Positions 26,641 through 40,345 of a DNA stretch of 64,000 nt are shown in pieces. Position numbers and translations under genes: made by a program. Where the stretch lies: assembly GCA_013239625.1 (NCBI GenBank), contig MU054391.1, forward strand, positions 3,749,130-3,813,129, given 5' to 3'. The notes beneath the pieces were generated by a model. The model did no database searches and was not told the DNA's origin. It saw only the letters and a list, made by a program, of their open reading frames with translations. The first letter of the stretch is position 1. Each line of letters begins with the position of its first letter. Source of the DNA: Lama guanicoe (Eukaryota).

Positions 26641-28950
26641 CAGCAAGACGTCCCACTTCCCCTGCTGCTTCGTGTGGTTATTTGGGCACTGGTCTGGCTT
26701 TATCACCTGCATCCTCGTGAACTTCCTGAGACCAGCGCTGTCCCACCTGGTGCCCAGCACTGACCCTCACACACAGGAGGTCCTCAGTTCATGACCAGAC
26801 TGCCCTCTGCCCTTTGCCCTCTCTATGCTTTGTGCCGTCCCGAGGTCAGTGTGACCCTTGGGGTCTTTGACTGTGGCAGGGTTGGCCATGGAGGGGAGAC
26901 CACATGATCGTCATGGTGATTCTAGAAGATGATGGATTAGGGAAGCATGCTTAGCCCAGAGAAGCAGAGGGCCGGGAAGAGCTATATGTGGCCTGCACGC
27001 AGGCTTGCAAGTCGGGGAGTAGCAGATTGGTTCGTGAGACCCAGCTTCCCGTGTTGGAGGGCTGGGGGGACATTTTTTTCTGAACTGCATCTCCCACAGA
27101 GAGGCCCTGGGGTGTGGGGAGACGGGATCAGGGCAGCATCACCAGTTCTCGGATAACAACACGTGAAATGCCTGACTCTGCAAGCCTGACTTCTGGGCAA
27201 GCGTGTTTCCACCCTCACTGGCCAAGCCAGGCGTCTTTGAGTTGAACTCTGCCTGTGCATTTTAGAGAGAAAAGAATTTCCACTCAGTGCTGAGGGCGCC
27301 CATAGTTAACCAGCAGCACATTCGGATCAGGTAAACTCCCCGCGCTGGCTCCGTCAACTTCCCAGACTGAGTCCTGCGGCCGTCCCGCGCCCCCTCCGCC
27401 CTCCTCCACTTGTCACACCGCCCCTCGGTGCCTCGTTCTCCTGGGTCCAACCCCTGTCTTGCCTCATTCCCTTTCTCGGAGTGAATCTGTGGAGTCAAAT
27501 GTGATGTCCACTTGGGTGTCATCTGCCTGAGCCCCACATCTGAAAAGAAAGTAACAGAATGAGAGAACTTTGCAAGAGACAAGGACCAGATAAACCGCGT
27601 GGTTTCAATAACCCCCTTTTCTCTCCCTCCCTTCCTCCCTCCCTCTTTCTCTCTCTTTCTTTCTCTCCTTCTTTCCTTCCAATTGATGAGTACATCTTCC
27701 AGCAGGTTAATGACACATTTGTGGATAAGACTCAGAGCTTCTGGCTCAGGTGGCCTTGATGTGCAGTCATTGGATGAGGAACTGGGGTCACTGAGATGCA
27801 GGTAATTCAGTCCCTGGTCCAGAGCATCCTCCCCTGAGAGGACGGTGGAGGCGCCCGGTCTGCACGCAGGAACGCGGCTTTGCGCTGAAGGAGGATCACT
27901 GGTAGCTGCGCTGGGACATGGTTCGTCTAGTCAAGGATCTTCCTCGCTCACCGACTGGCCCATCTTCAGCTGGAGGCAGAGCTGCAGAAGAACTGATGAA
28001 GGGGCTCAGTTTTCTCTTTTGAGCGGGGAGGTTAAAGAAGGACCATTGTGGGAGTAGCAGGGATTCAAAAGACAAGCGAAAAACAGGGGCAGGGGAGAGC
28101 ACTGGCTTCTAGCCCGAATCCTCCTCCTTCGAAACAAAGCTTGTGGTTTGAGATCAAGGCGGCAGCAAGGAGATGAGGTAGCAAAGAGGGATTTCTGCAT
28201 AAAAAGGGGCCTGCAGCCCGCGTGCGTGTTTATGTGGGGCGCTGGTGTGGACCTGGATGCGGACAGGGGCGCCCAGGTGGGAAATGTCTCCCTCGCCTTA
28301 GCTGACTGGGCTGTTGTGAGGATGATGCAAGAGATAGGTCAACCGTGCGGACAAGTGGGCTGTGGACAGGCCGGTGGGAAGAGAGGATGTGCCCTTGGCT
28401 GTGAAGGAGGATCTGTCTGAGGCGGCGGCATGGCAGGTTTCCTGGTTCTGCTGGGGAGGCTGAGGTCCTCAGAGGGGTCGTGCTGGGCTCCCAGCTGGCC
28501 ATCCCCGCCCCTTCCCGCACCTGCCAAGAGTGCTTCGGGCCCTGGGCTGTGTGCTGGCAGCCCCCCTAGAGGTTAGTTTTGTCTCAGTTATAGAAAGGTC
28601 TGTACAGTTAGGGCCTTTATAAAGTTCTGGGGACCAGTGTCTTATAGAGAGAGAACCTCCCGAAGTCTAGGACAAGGAGGTAACATGTGAGCTCGGATAT
28701 CTGCTCCGTGTGCAGGGACTGCACAGACGTGCAGAGCTGACAGGCCAGGGACACCAGTTCTTGAAAAATGTGGTAGGATTCCCTCCTCGGGGTTCACAGA
28801 TGAAGCCATTTCCCTAACATTTCCAGGCAACTAGTGAAATGAGCACAGCATTTTTTCTTTTGTAAGTAATTGTGTAACATAGAAGGAAGTTTCTGTTTAA
28901 ACCAATGGTGTATGTGTTTATTGGGGTTTTCATTGATTACGTTTCCATTT

Positions 28951-29173
28951 TTTTTTTGATTGAAGTATAATCAGTTTACAATGTTGTGTTAGTTTTTGGT
29001 GCACAGCATCGTGACTCAGTTCTCCATAAATAAGTATATATGTTCTTTTTCAGATTCTTTTTCATTAAAAGCCATTATGAAGTATTGAGTAGAGTTCCCT
29101 GTGCTATACAGTGGGACCTTGTTGTTCAACTGTTTTGTATACAAATTGGGAGTTCAGGGTGTGTGGATACTAA
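28951..29173 (-). mobile_element. Short L1 3' end with 5' inversion
   Basis: Antisense L1 terminus 28951-29142, inverted 31-nt piece 29143-29173, flanking repeat gtttccattttt / gtttccagtttt. Confidence 0.8.
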
Positions 29174-30789
29174 TGTTTCCAGTTTTTAAACAGGATTTGC
29201 ATTTTAGTTTTGAGAGAGTTAAAAGTGTAGTGTTACTTTAAAGAAAAAAATGGTAGGGGGAAAGAAAAGAGAAGGAAAAAGGAACCTCCCCCAAAACCAA
29301 AGCCCGTCTTTGTTCAGCATCAGGGACGTCCTCACTCTGCAAGCAGTTGTGCCCGGTCTTGTGAGGCATGAGTTTGCCTCGTGTCTTAACCCACAGAGTT
29401 AGCACGAAAAGAGGTGATTTAATTGAGTCTACTCGAGACAAACTGGCCAGAAAAGCTCCGGAACAGTTTTGCATCGGGGCTGTCCTCTCAATGTTGGGCG
29501 TCTGCTTCGCTTTCCGGCTGGGGTGCAGCATCCAAACCACCCCACGGCGGCGGGCTTGGTCTTCCCAGAGCCTGGAAAGACTGTGCTCTGAGGTTTGTTT
29601 TTTTGGGAGAAGGGTAAATTGCCACTGGAGGAATCCCCCATCACCAAAATATCCCAAGAAAGCCTGTTATAAAAAGAATATTTTGGGGTACAGGCTAATA
29701 GTAGCTGCATTTGGGGAGGACAGTAAATATTGATCTGTGAGGGTGAGCGGTCGGGAAGCTATTTTGAGCTGATCTGAAGAACCCCAAGTCTGTCTAGTGG
29801 AACAGTCGGGGGGAGGTTGTTCTGTGAGCAGGACAGGTCGGAAGTCGGCGGTTACGGCCGCTGGGCAAGGTTCTGCGTGTCAGGAGATCCCTGGGCTGTG
29901 GGTACCCAGGTCGGTATGTGATTTGCCCACTTCCCCGTTGCCAGACCTGGGTTCCACCTCCCGGGTGCGTCCGCCTGGGAGCCGTTCTATCCTGGGAGCG
30001 TCCGTGCTTCTGCCCTGCATGGACTCTTGTTCCCAAATCCCCTGCTTTCTTGACTTCTGTGTCACTGGTTTCTTCAGGACCTGTGAGGGGCATAAGGGGG
30101 AAACTTCTCTGTCTCCCCCCATATCCTTCCCTGCACTCCTGCGGCGTCTTCCCTCCCTGACGTCCCACCCATCCTTTGCTCCTTCATCATTTTCCCATCA
30201 TCACTCCCTGGATGCAGGTTCCCATCTATTCATCCGTGTATTATAATCAGTTCTAACCCATCTCTGTGCGTTTAGGTTGTTCTGCCTCCAATTAGAGTCT
30301 AATTTATCTGACAAATTACCCCAAATCAAGCTTTGAAAATGTTACCTGAAACATGTAATTCCTCATGTACAGAAGGATACTGCTCGTGTGTCACCTGCCC
30401 CAGGAAATCTTCCCAAAGAGCTGCAGTGTGGGCACGGAGACCGGGTCTGCTGTGACTGTGGTGGCCCGTCCCTGCCCCCACCCCCTGCAGTGCCCAGCAC
30501 CCAGCCGCGGGCACCTGCACCTCCCTGCCTGAGAACCTCCTCCGAGGAGCCCCCGGCCTGACCTGCCTGGAGGCTGCAGGTGTGGACTTGAGCCCCCACC
30601 TCCCGGCCGATGGGTGACAGAAGGGAGACAGCTGCCCAGTGCCTGCTTCTAGGATGGGGTGACGACCGGGTGTGACTGTGGCTCCCCACCTCCCCTGGGG
30701 ATTCAGCTCTCGCTCACCACAGCGGCGACTGCTTGAGGTCAAGTCCTGAACTGGCTGCCTTTCCTCGCCTGCCTCACTGTGCACGTCTA

Positions 30790-30965
30790 CATTTGTCTCC
30801 GGGATCACGTCCCAGGTAAACTGCTTCTGCTTCTGGGGAAGTCAAGTTGAGATGCTTCCATAGACTCTGTTTTCCTGTGTGCGGAACGAGGAGAAACCCA
30901 AGAGTGTGCTGAGAGCGTCCGATGAATTAAAGGACATGAATGCACTTCTAAACTCAAAGCACTGA
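30790..30965 (+). mobile_element. MIR SINE relic
   Basis: Degenerate core (actctgttttcctgtgtgcggaacgagga...gatgaattaa). Confidence 0.4.
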
Positions 30966-32298
30966 CCTGTGTGAATTTGGAATCCGTGTGTTGGCAGAGC
31001 TCCTATGAGCATTTCAAGGAAAACACGATGTTTTTCAGAAATGGGTCACTGCCAGCCAGGAGTTGCTCACATCTATGGAGTCAGAGGAGTGGTTCCCTCT
31101 TGAAGGGACTCCTAGTCTGGGGGTTTGTTGCCAGCTGCTTTCGGCCGTGTGCCCCACCTGCACTGCCCCTGCTGCCCCGCCCGCTTTGTGCTCTGACTTG
31201 GAGCAAAGTGAGCTTTCCTGTGAAGACAGGCTGGTGTGCACCGGGACGGCTCTGCAGGGGCAGATGCTCCGACCTGACCGTCGGCAGCCGGCCGGTCCCC
31301 GCCAGCCGGTCCCTGCCAGCCCCGACTGTGGCCCTTTTGTCCAGTCCCTTCCGCTCTGGGCCACTCCCACCAAGGCTGGCAGAGGGACATTCTAGCGCCT
31401 TCTGGCTTTCCTTCTTTGCATCAGAAAACACAGAATGACAGTACCCTCCAGGATGACTCACAAGTGAAAATATGCTGGCAAAGTACATTGTTACTTTATT
31501 TTGGTCACAGGAGGAGGACGGTGAGCATTTAGGGCACAAGGCGGAAGCCAGGTCAGAATTGACGCCGCAGCACGCCCTGGTTGGCAGGCCCGGCTGAGCC
31601 CAGTTCTGTTCCCCCCCATAGCCAGCCAGCCAGTGGTTTATTCTGGGAAAGCAGAGCGAGCCCAGCCCAGGAGCTGAAGTGTGTCCTGCGGCAATGGCGG
31701 GAACGAGGGGCCCCGGGTTGACCAGCAGGGCTCCTGGCGGTGGAGACGCGTCTCCCGCGCCAGGGTCAGCCTGCTCACATCGCAAGAAACAAACACGCTC
31801 GACAGAAATGGTCGTTTTCTCCAACCATCCAAAATAGCGCCCAGACTTACTTGTAAATTTGTGTTTGAGAAATCAATTTAGCCACAGCATCCAGGAAAGC
31901 AAATTAATTCTTTTTCAGGACTACGGAGGCACTCTGAACTCGATGGGGCCGTTGGCAACGTCTCCACAAATCATCTTCCTCCAGCATCAGAAAGGGTGAT
32001 GGTGGCCTGGCTGTCTCCCCGAGCGCTGCCCTGTCCCCTGCAGAGAAAGTGTCATGCTGGCAGAGCGTGACTCGTCCTGTTGGACGGATGGGGGGGTGTG
32101 CCTCGGGCCTCCTGCCTCCTGCCTCTGGTCCAGGGCTTGGATGCGGCCTTGGTGACAGCACATCGTCAGGGATGGGGCTCCGGGCGTGATGAGGACAGTG
32201 ACAGTCATTCCCTGCAGGGCACGGACTGAGTGCAGGCCCCTCAGCAGAGTCACATCTGTTAACGTATTTAGTCCTCACTGCAACACTGAGATACGGAC

Positions 32299-32686
32299 TG
32301 TTGGGAGCAGGACCCTGTCCCCCAGATTCACGTGTTCCAGCTCTAACCGCCAGGAAGGACCTCAGAATTGCACATGTCTGGAGATGGGGTCTTTACAGTG
32401 GGAATTAAGTTGACATGAGGTCATCACGGTAGACCCTAACCCAGTATTATGGATGTCCTCATCAAAACGGGACATTTGCAGAGACACATGAAAAGGGACG
32501 GTGTTGTGGAGAGATAGAGGGGAGAGGATGGCCGTCTATGTGCCCAGGAGAGAGGCTGCAGAAGGAACCAATCCTGCTGCCACCCTGACCTTGGACTTCC
32601 GGCCTCTGGTGTGAGAGGGCAAATTACTGTTGTTCAAGCTGCTAGTCTGTGGTCCTTGGTGAAGGCAGCCTTAGTTAATTCATGCA
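32299..32686 (+). mobile_element. MaLR LTR (MLT1A/B-like)
   Basis: Typical MLT1 motifs: tggagatggggtctttaca, gaggtcatc...ccctaacccagt, gaaggaaccaatcctgc..cacc..gaccttggacttcc, agtctgtggt...gcagcc. TG..CA ends. Confidence 0.85.
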
Positions 32687-32800
32687 AGTCTTCTTATCCT
32701 CATTGTATAGATGGGAAACTGAGGCTGGACTGGTGGAGTCACCTGCCCAGTTCTCCAGGGCAGGCCCTGCGGGTGAGTGACCCAGGGCCATCCGGTTCCT
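32687..32800 (-). mobile_element. MIR SINE; other half at ~32265-32298, split by the MLT1
   Basis: tatcctcattgtatagatgggaaactgaggct is the antisense MIR core. tttagtcctcactgcaacac precedes the LTR. Confidence 0.65.
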
Positions 32801-35179
32801 ACCGTGTGTTCTCCACGCCCAGGCCCGGGGGTCAGGCGATGGAGCCTTTCTGCGTAACCTCAGGGGCTGAGTTTCCGGACCCCGCAATGACTTCTCCAGC
32901 GGCGCAGGGCTCCCTGCCTTTCTCTCGAGACCTTATCCCTGTTCAAAGTTTTCAGCTAAATTTATTGCCCCTGAAGCACAGTCTGCACAAAATTTAGTGC
33001 AGGAAAACATTTGTTAAACAAATCAACACAAGGACAAACAAACGAAAATCTTGAGGATTTGAATTTTGTGCAGTAAAATTGCTCTCAGCTCTGTCTTACT
33101 TTCCTAAACGTTTTTCTCTTTCGCCACATTTTTCTTACTTGTTTTTCTTCATATAAAGAATAAAATATATTTTTGTCAAATACCAGCAAATGTAGAAAAA
33201 CAGAAACACCAATTAGCACTTCATTCGACTTGATCGCCGGTGTCACTGGTTTTCCCAGGGGCCTTTTCTGCCGTCCTCACTGCAGAAGCTCCAGCTGGTT
33301 TGAGGTTCCCCGTAGCCCGGAAGCCACGCGGGGCCTCTGGGGAGGGCGGGGCCGTGTTCAGTGTTTTCTTAATTCCCCGATTTCCAAGAGTCTGTGAAGC
33401 ATCGTGAACCAGTCTGAATATTCCTCCGGCTGTCTGGTTTCTCCCGTCGGCCTGATTCCTTTGGGGCTGTGAGCCGGGGATGTGGGGTGGGAACGGCTCA
33501 GGGGTGGGGATGGCTGGGGGGCAGGTCTGGCTGATTGGCACCTGATACACAAGAGTCCGATCTTGTTCGGCGTCAGTGCCAGGAAGATGGTGCATGTTGC
33601 AAAATTAACATATGGAGCTAACCCTGTGATGTGATGGTTAAGATGGAAAAACAGAGTGCTTTCTTAGGCAGGTCTGGCTAAGAACAAGATACAGTGTCAG
33701 GGCCACTGAGGATTTCCCTTGGCCCTTTTCTTGCAGGCTTCATGCCTTCTGCCCCTCATTTCAGCTGTGTGAACACGTTATTCTAAACGCAGACAGCCCT
33801 CAGACCTCAGGATGGTGCAGGGGCAGCTCCAGTGACCTGGGGATTAGGGGTTCCTGTCTTCCAGTTAGGTTCTGCCCCCCCACTCTGTGGCTGTGGAAGT
33901 CGCTTGTCCCTGAGTGACGTATGCAGAAGAGAGCTTGGACCCTGTGATTCCCAAGGCTTCCCCACGCCCTGACCGTATTTACGGCAAGGATTAAACCGTG
34001 TGGATTAAACTTCCCGTGTCCTAACTGCAACTCTGCCTTTGAATGAAGCCTTCAGTGCTTCTCTGCTGTAGGTAAAGACAGTGCAGAACACACATTTCTA
34101 GATTCCTGGTTTGCTTCTTTTGAACTTTACACAGGTTTCTTTCCGGTCTTTTCTGACCGGTTTGCGCACAGTGGAGACTGCGGCCTGGTTGCGGGTGGGC
34201 GGTGGGCCCTGGAGGAGGAACCTCATTTCTTTGTGCCAGGGCCCCCCGGGGAGGAGTCGCTCCTGCCCCCAGGGCCCACACCCTTACGCAAGTAACCGCA
34301 AATCAGGCTGGAGCCACCTGAACCCACCCACCATCCTGGAAGCCCGGGCAACAGCGCGCAGCTGAGAGGTGCTAATTTTACACGGTCTTCCGCCCCCTCC
34401 CCACCTCCTCCTCCTCCTCTTCATCCCAAGCTGGGGTTTGGGACGCGCTTGCTTGTGGGCACGTCAGTGGGTGACAGTCTGAAGTGCTGCCACATTTCTT
34501 TGTTCCTTTGTCAAACTTGGGGAGACAACTCTCCCCCAGCCTCCAGAGGGATGTTACATAACTTCTGACGTCCACTCCCCGCCTCTCAACCGCCCCATCT
34601 TCTTAAACTGAAAGTGTTCATATGTTTGTAGCTGATTTTTTCCTTTTGGAAGAATTTTCCAGTGGGCGGGGCCGAGCGGAAGCAGCCCCAGGTGGTTTCT
34701 TCTGTGGGTTAATTGCTTTTTCTCGGGGTGGGAACGTGGGATCAGACTCCTTGGCAACTCTTCCCCTTTCTAGGTTTCCCCCCACCCCCACTTCCTGGCC
34801 TCTCCAGCTCATGAGCCATCTAACCGGAGACTTCAGTTGCTCACTACAATGTTTCTGTGACCTTGGTTGACAAGACAGCCAGCTGTGTCTCCAGGGTGTG
34901 TCTGCCCCTCGGTGGGGGCACTGTGCACACTACTGAGGCTGGGGTCGGGGTGCCACCCCGGGCTATGTCTAGCACACACTCCCAGAGGAAAACCTCTTCC
35001 CGATGCTTGTGGCTGGCAAAGCTGAAATGGTGAGGCAGGAAAGAGTTGGTGAGGTCGGTTCTCCAACCCACCTTGGCTCGAGAGGTGTGCATCCCCTGCC
35101 AGTGGCGATAGAAGATTCATATCGAGTTACCAGTAACAGCAGACACCCTCGCCGGTGATGCCCAGAGGGCCACAGGGTT

Positions 35180-35390
35180 TATGGTTGGAAGGGTGGGATT
35201 CCGGAGCCAGATCACCGCGATTTGGAACTAGGCTCTGACATTGAATGTTGGAACTTCAGTGCCTCAGTTTTCTGATCTATAAAATGGGGCTCAGAGTGCA
35301 CGCTTCCCCATTGGTGAAAGTATTCAGTGAAACACTAAGCATCTGTCACAGTGTGAGATGGTGCCATGGTAACTGAGCTGTGGTTAAGTC
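35180..35390 (+). mobile_element. MIR SINE
   Basis: ggagccaga...gtgcctcagttttctgatctataaaatgggg core. Confidence 0.7.
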
Positions 35391-36493
35391 GAACTGATTT
35401 GCCGCAGTCCCGTGATTGGGATTCAAACCCAGCAGCCTCTGGCCCTGAGGATGGTCCACTTCGCAGTAAAGGCACGGTCTAGTACCCTGGGTCCCTGTGG
35501 TGTCTTAGGCTCGTGGGGTGGAGGGACTTTGGGTCTCCTTCCAGAACTGCCGTTAGGCTTTCAGCCACAGACGAGCCAGGTTAATGTGCTGCACCCCCTC
35601 GGCCTCTCCCGTGCACCTTGGGGCGGCAATGCCACTGTATCGCCATCAGCCTGCCATGCAGACGCTTACGTCAGGGGCAAGGGCATGAGGCAAGAGGGCG
35701 CGGCTTTGTCCTGAGCATCCTATCCACCTGGAGTGGAGATAAGATTCTGTGTCTGAGTCTAAGTTGTGGTTGGGGTGCCTGAAACGTGGGGAGATTCACG
35801 GGAGAGTCCTGAAGCCTTGGCTGCCGTGGTCCCGGGAGATGCCATTGAGCAGGACCATGAGGGGCATGGAGTCACCAGGCAGAGGAGAGGAGTGGGCGCC
35901 TGCGCTGGGAACAGAGCTGGCAGAGGCTGTACCACGGGGAGGCTGGGGCTTCTTCAGGAAGGAAGCACTCGAGCACGTGGCCTGAAGGGGAGGTTCTCTC
36001 TCCACACCGACTGGGTCCGCATCCTGCGTGAGGCCAGGCGGGCGGTGATTGGCTGAGGGTCAGATCGCGAAATGTCTTCACACCAGGCTCAGGCATTGGA
36101 GTGGAAATGAAAAAAACGCAACAAAACCTTTGTTACAATACTTAATACTGTTTAGAGAAGTAGGGAGGGCAGAGTGGTGGGGGCGCTTTCCACCAGGGCA
36201 CCTGCACTGACGGGGTCAGGATGTGGTCCTCGGTTTCGCTGGCACACAACCTGCCCCAGGGTTTAGGAGCTGCCTCTGGCTGCTCTGCTGCAGGGACTCC
36301 CTGAGGCCCACATGCCTGAAACCGGAACTGTCTGTCCCTTAATGGGTAACATCTGCTGGCCTCTAGTCTACAGCTTTACTGGGCTTGAAAATAGCACATT
36401 ATTCACTCGTGGGAAAAAGGATGTAGAAGTTACAACTGGGTAAGAATTCTGGACTCCATGGCATTCTAGACCATGGTCAGTGCTCATTTATTT

Positions 36494-37636
36494 TTTCTTT
36501 ATTTTTTTCTTTATTGAAGTGTGGTTGATTTACAATGTTATGTTAGTTACTGGTGTACAGCATAGTGGTTCAATTATACATATATATATATTTTATATAT
36601 ATATATATATAAATGTATACTCCTTTTCAATTTCTTTTATATTATATGTTATTACAAGCTATTGAATATAGTTCCCTGTGCTCTACAGTAGGTCCTTGTT
36701 GTTTATCTATTTTATGTACAGTAGTTAGTATCTGCTAATCCCAAACTCCCAATTTATCCCTCTCCCCCATTTTGTTGTCAGTAACCAGAAGTTTGTTTTC
36801 TATGTCTGTGAGTCTCTTTCTGTTTTGTAAGTTCATTTGAATCATTGTTTTAGATTCCACATAAAAGTTATAGCATATGGTATTTGTCTTTCTCTGTCTG
36901 ACTTACTTAGTATGATAATCTCTAGATCCATCCATGTTGCTGTAAATGGCATTATTTCATTCTTTTTTATGGCTAAGTAGTATTCCATTGTATAAATATA
37001 CCACATCTTCTTTATCCAGTCATCTGTTGATGGACATTTAGGTCACTTCCATGTCTTGGCTATTGTAAACAGTGCTGCTATGAACGTTGGGGTGTGTGTA
37101 TCTTTTTGAATTAGCGTTTTCTCCGGGTATGTGCCTAGGAGTAGGGTTGCTGGATCATGTTAACTGTATTTTTAGTTTTTTAGGAATCTCCATACCATTT
37201 TCTACAGTGGCTGTGCCAAATAATATTCCCACCAGCAGTGTAGGAGGGCTCCCTTTTCTCCACAGCCTCTCCAGCATTTGTCATTTGTGGACTTTTGAAT
37301 GATGGCCATTCTGACCGGTGTGAGGTGATACCTCACTGTAATTTTGACTTGCATTTCTCTGATAATTAGTGATATTGAGCATCTTTTCATGTGCCTATCG
37401 GCCATCTGTATGTCTTCATTGGAGAAATGTCTGTTAAGATCTTCTTACTCATTTTTCGATTGGGTTGTTGAGTTGTATGAGCTGTTTGTATGTTCTGGAA
37501 TTTAAGCCCTTGTTAGTCACATCATTTGCAAATATTTTCTCCCAGTCCATAGGTTGTCTTTTTGTTTTTGATGGTTTCCTTTGCTGTGCAAAAGCTTTTA
37601 AGTTTAACTAGGTCCCGTTTGTTTATTTTTGCTTTT
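36494..37636 (-). mobile_element. 5'-truncated L1, antisense, with perfect 15-bp TSD
   Basis: ORF2-like translation ([33 protein letters not shown]). TSD AGTGCTCATTTATTT at 36479-36493 and 37637-37651. Confidence 0.92.
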
Positions 37637-39183
37637 AGTGCTCATTTATTTATTGTAGATTGTGGCTTGCTCATTCACCCGTTCCGTCTCGTTCATAGTC
37701 TGTAAAATGGGTGTGAAAACTCACTCACATCAGTTCCGCGGGAGTCTCGTAATTGAGCAGCAGCGGGTTCTTAAGACACGAGGAGGGTGATTGAAGCCTA
37801 GTCCTTCATTGCTGAGAATGATAGCTGCCTTGCGACAGCCGGTGCTCCCCGAAGCCTTATTTCTTTTCAGAAAATAGCACACAGCCTTGTGGGTAGGAGA
37901 ACAGGACGGGTCCTGGCCAGCAGAGACCCGCACTGTCTCCACCCCTTCTCCTCCCGGTGCCCAGGCTTCTCCTGCAGACGAGGGATGATGGCGGGTCCTG
38001 CTTCTCGGAGCTGTCGGCTGATGAGGTGGCTCCTGAATTCGTACACCTAGCAAGTTCTCAGTAAACGTTAGTTGTGATTATTATTTCTTAGTCCTTATTT
38101 GAATTAACGTTGCTTTTTTTCCTCCTTGTAGGAAAAATAAAACCTTCACCACTTCGCAAAGGCACGGTCTAGTACCCTGGGTCCCTGTGGTGTCTTAGGC
38201 TCGTGGGGTGGAGGGACTTTGGGTCTCCTTCCAGAACTGCCGTTAGGCTTTCAGCCACAGACGAGCCAGGTTAATGTGCTGCACCCCCTCGGCCTCTCCC
38301 GTGCACCTTGGGGCGGCAATGCCACTGTATCGCCATCAGCCTGCCATGCAGACGCTTACGTCAGGGGCAAGGGCATGAGGCAAGAGGGCGCGGCTTTGTC
38401 CTGAGCATCCTATCCACCTGGAGTGGAGATAAGATTCTGTGTCTGAGTCTAAGTTGTGGTTGGGGTGCCTGAAACGTGGGGAGATTCACGGGAGAGTCCT
38501 GAAGCCTTGGCTGCCGTGGTCCCGGGAGATGCCATTGAGCAGGACCATGAGGGGCATGGAGTCACCAGGCAGAGGAGAGGAGTGGGCGCCTGCGCTGGGA
38601 ACAGAGCTGGCAGAGGCTGTACCACGGGGAGGCTGGGGCTTCTTCAGGAAGGAAGCACTCGAGCACGTGGCCTGAAGGGGAGGTTCTCTCTCCACACCGA
38701 CTGGGTCCGCATCCTGCGTGAGGCCAGGCGGGCGGTGATTGGCTGAGGGTCAGATCGCGAAATGTCTTCACACCAGGCTCAGGCATTGGAGTGGAAATGA
38801 AAAAAACGCAACAAAACCTTTGTTACAATACTTAATACTGTTTAGAGAAGTAGGGAGGGCAGAGTGGTGGGGGCGCTTTCCACCAGGGCACCTGCACTGA
38901 CGGGGTCAGGATGTGGTCCTCGGTTTCGCTGGCACACAACCTGCCCCAGGGTTTAGGAGCTGCCTCTGGCTGCTCTGCTGCAGGGACTCCCTGAGGCCCA
39001 CATGCCTGAAACCGGAACTGTCTGTCCCTTAATGGGTAACATCTGCTGGCCTCTAGTCTACAGCTTTACTGGGCTTGAAAATAGCACATTATTCACTCGT
39101 GGGAAAAAGGATGTAGAAGTTACAACTGGGTAAGAATTCTGGACTCCATGGCATTCTAGACCATGGTCAGTGCTCATTTATTT

Positions 39184-39276
39184 TTTCTTTATTTTTTTCT
39201 TTATTGAAGTGTGGTTGATTTACAATGTTATGTTAGTTACTGGTGTACAGCATAGTGGTTCAATTATACATATATA

Positions 39277-39330
<54 letters not shown>

Positions 39331-40345
39331 TCCTTTTCATTTTCTTTTATTTTATATTTTATTACAATCTATTTTATATATTTTATGTGCTCTACAGTAG
39401 GTCCTTGTTGTTTATCTATTTTATGTACAGTAGTTAGTATCTGCTAATCCCAAACTCCCAATTTATCCCTCTCCCCCATTTTGTTGTCAGTAACCAGAAG
39501 TTTGTTTTCTATGTCTGTGAGTCTCTTTCTGTTTTGTAAGTTCATTTGAATCATTGTTTTAGATTCCACATAAAAGTTATAGCATATGGTATTTGTCTTT
39601 CTCTGTCTGACTTACTTAGTATGATAATCTCTAGATCCATCCATGTTGCTGTAAATGGCATTATTTCATTCTTTTTTATGGCTAAGTAGTATTCCATTGT
39701 ATAAATATACCACATCTTCTTTATCCAGTCATCTGTTGATGGACATTTAGGTCACTTCCATGTCTTGGCTATTGTAAACAGTGCTGCTATGAACGTTGGG
39801 GTGTGTGTATCTTTTTGAATTAGCGTTTTCTCCGGGTATGTGCCTAGGAGTAGGGTTGCTGGATCATGTTAACTGTATTTTTAGTTTTTTAGGAATCTCC
39901 ATACCATTTTCTACAGTGGCTGTGCCAAATAATATTCCCACCAGCAGTGTAGGAGGGCTCCCTTTTCTCCACAGCCTCTCCAGCATTTGTCATTTGTGGA
40001 CTTTTGAATGATGGCCATTCTGACCGGTGTGAGGTGATACCTCACTGTAATTTTGACTTGCATTTCTCTGATAATTAGTGATATTGAGCATCTTTTCATG
40101 TGCCTATCGGCCATCTGTATGTCTTCATTGGAGAAATGTCTGTTAAGATCTTCTTACTCATTTTTCGATTGGGTTGTTGAGTTGTATGAGCTGTTTGTAT
40201 GTTCTGGAATTTAAGCCCTTGTTAGTCACATCATTTGCAAATATTTTCTCCCAGTCCATAGGTTGTCTTTTTGTTTTTGATGGTTTCCTTTGCTGTGCAA
40301 AAGCTTTTAAGTTTAACTAGGTCCCGTTTGTTTATTTTTGCTTTT
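39184..40345 (-). mobile_element. Second copy of the same L1 inside the tandem duplication
   Basis: Same sequence and TSD (39169-39183, 40346-40360), with a longer (TA)n. Confidence 0.9.

Noticed and set aside
33477..33522. G-quadruplex-like G-runs (also ~50779-50820, and C-runs at 52971-52994)
   Set aside because: These are common in GC-rich introns, and nothing in the sequence supports function.
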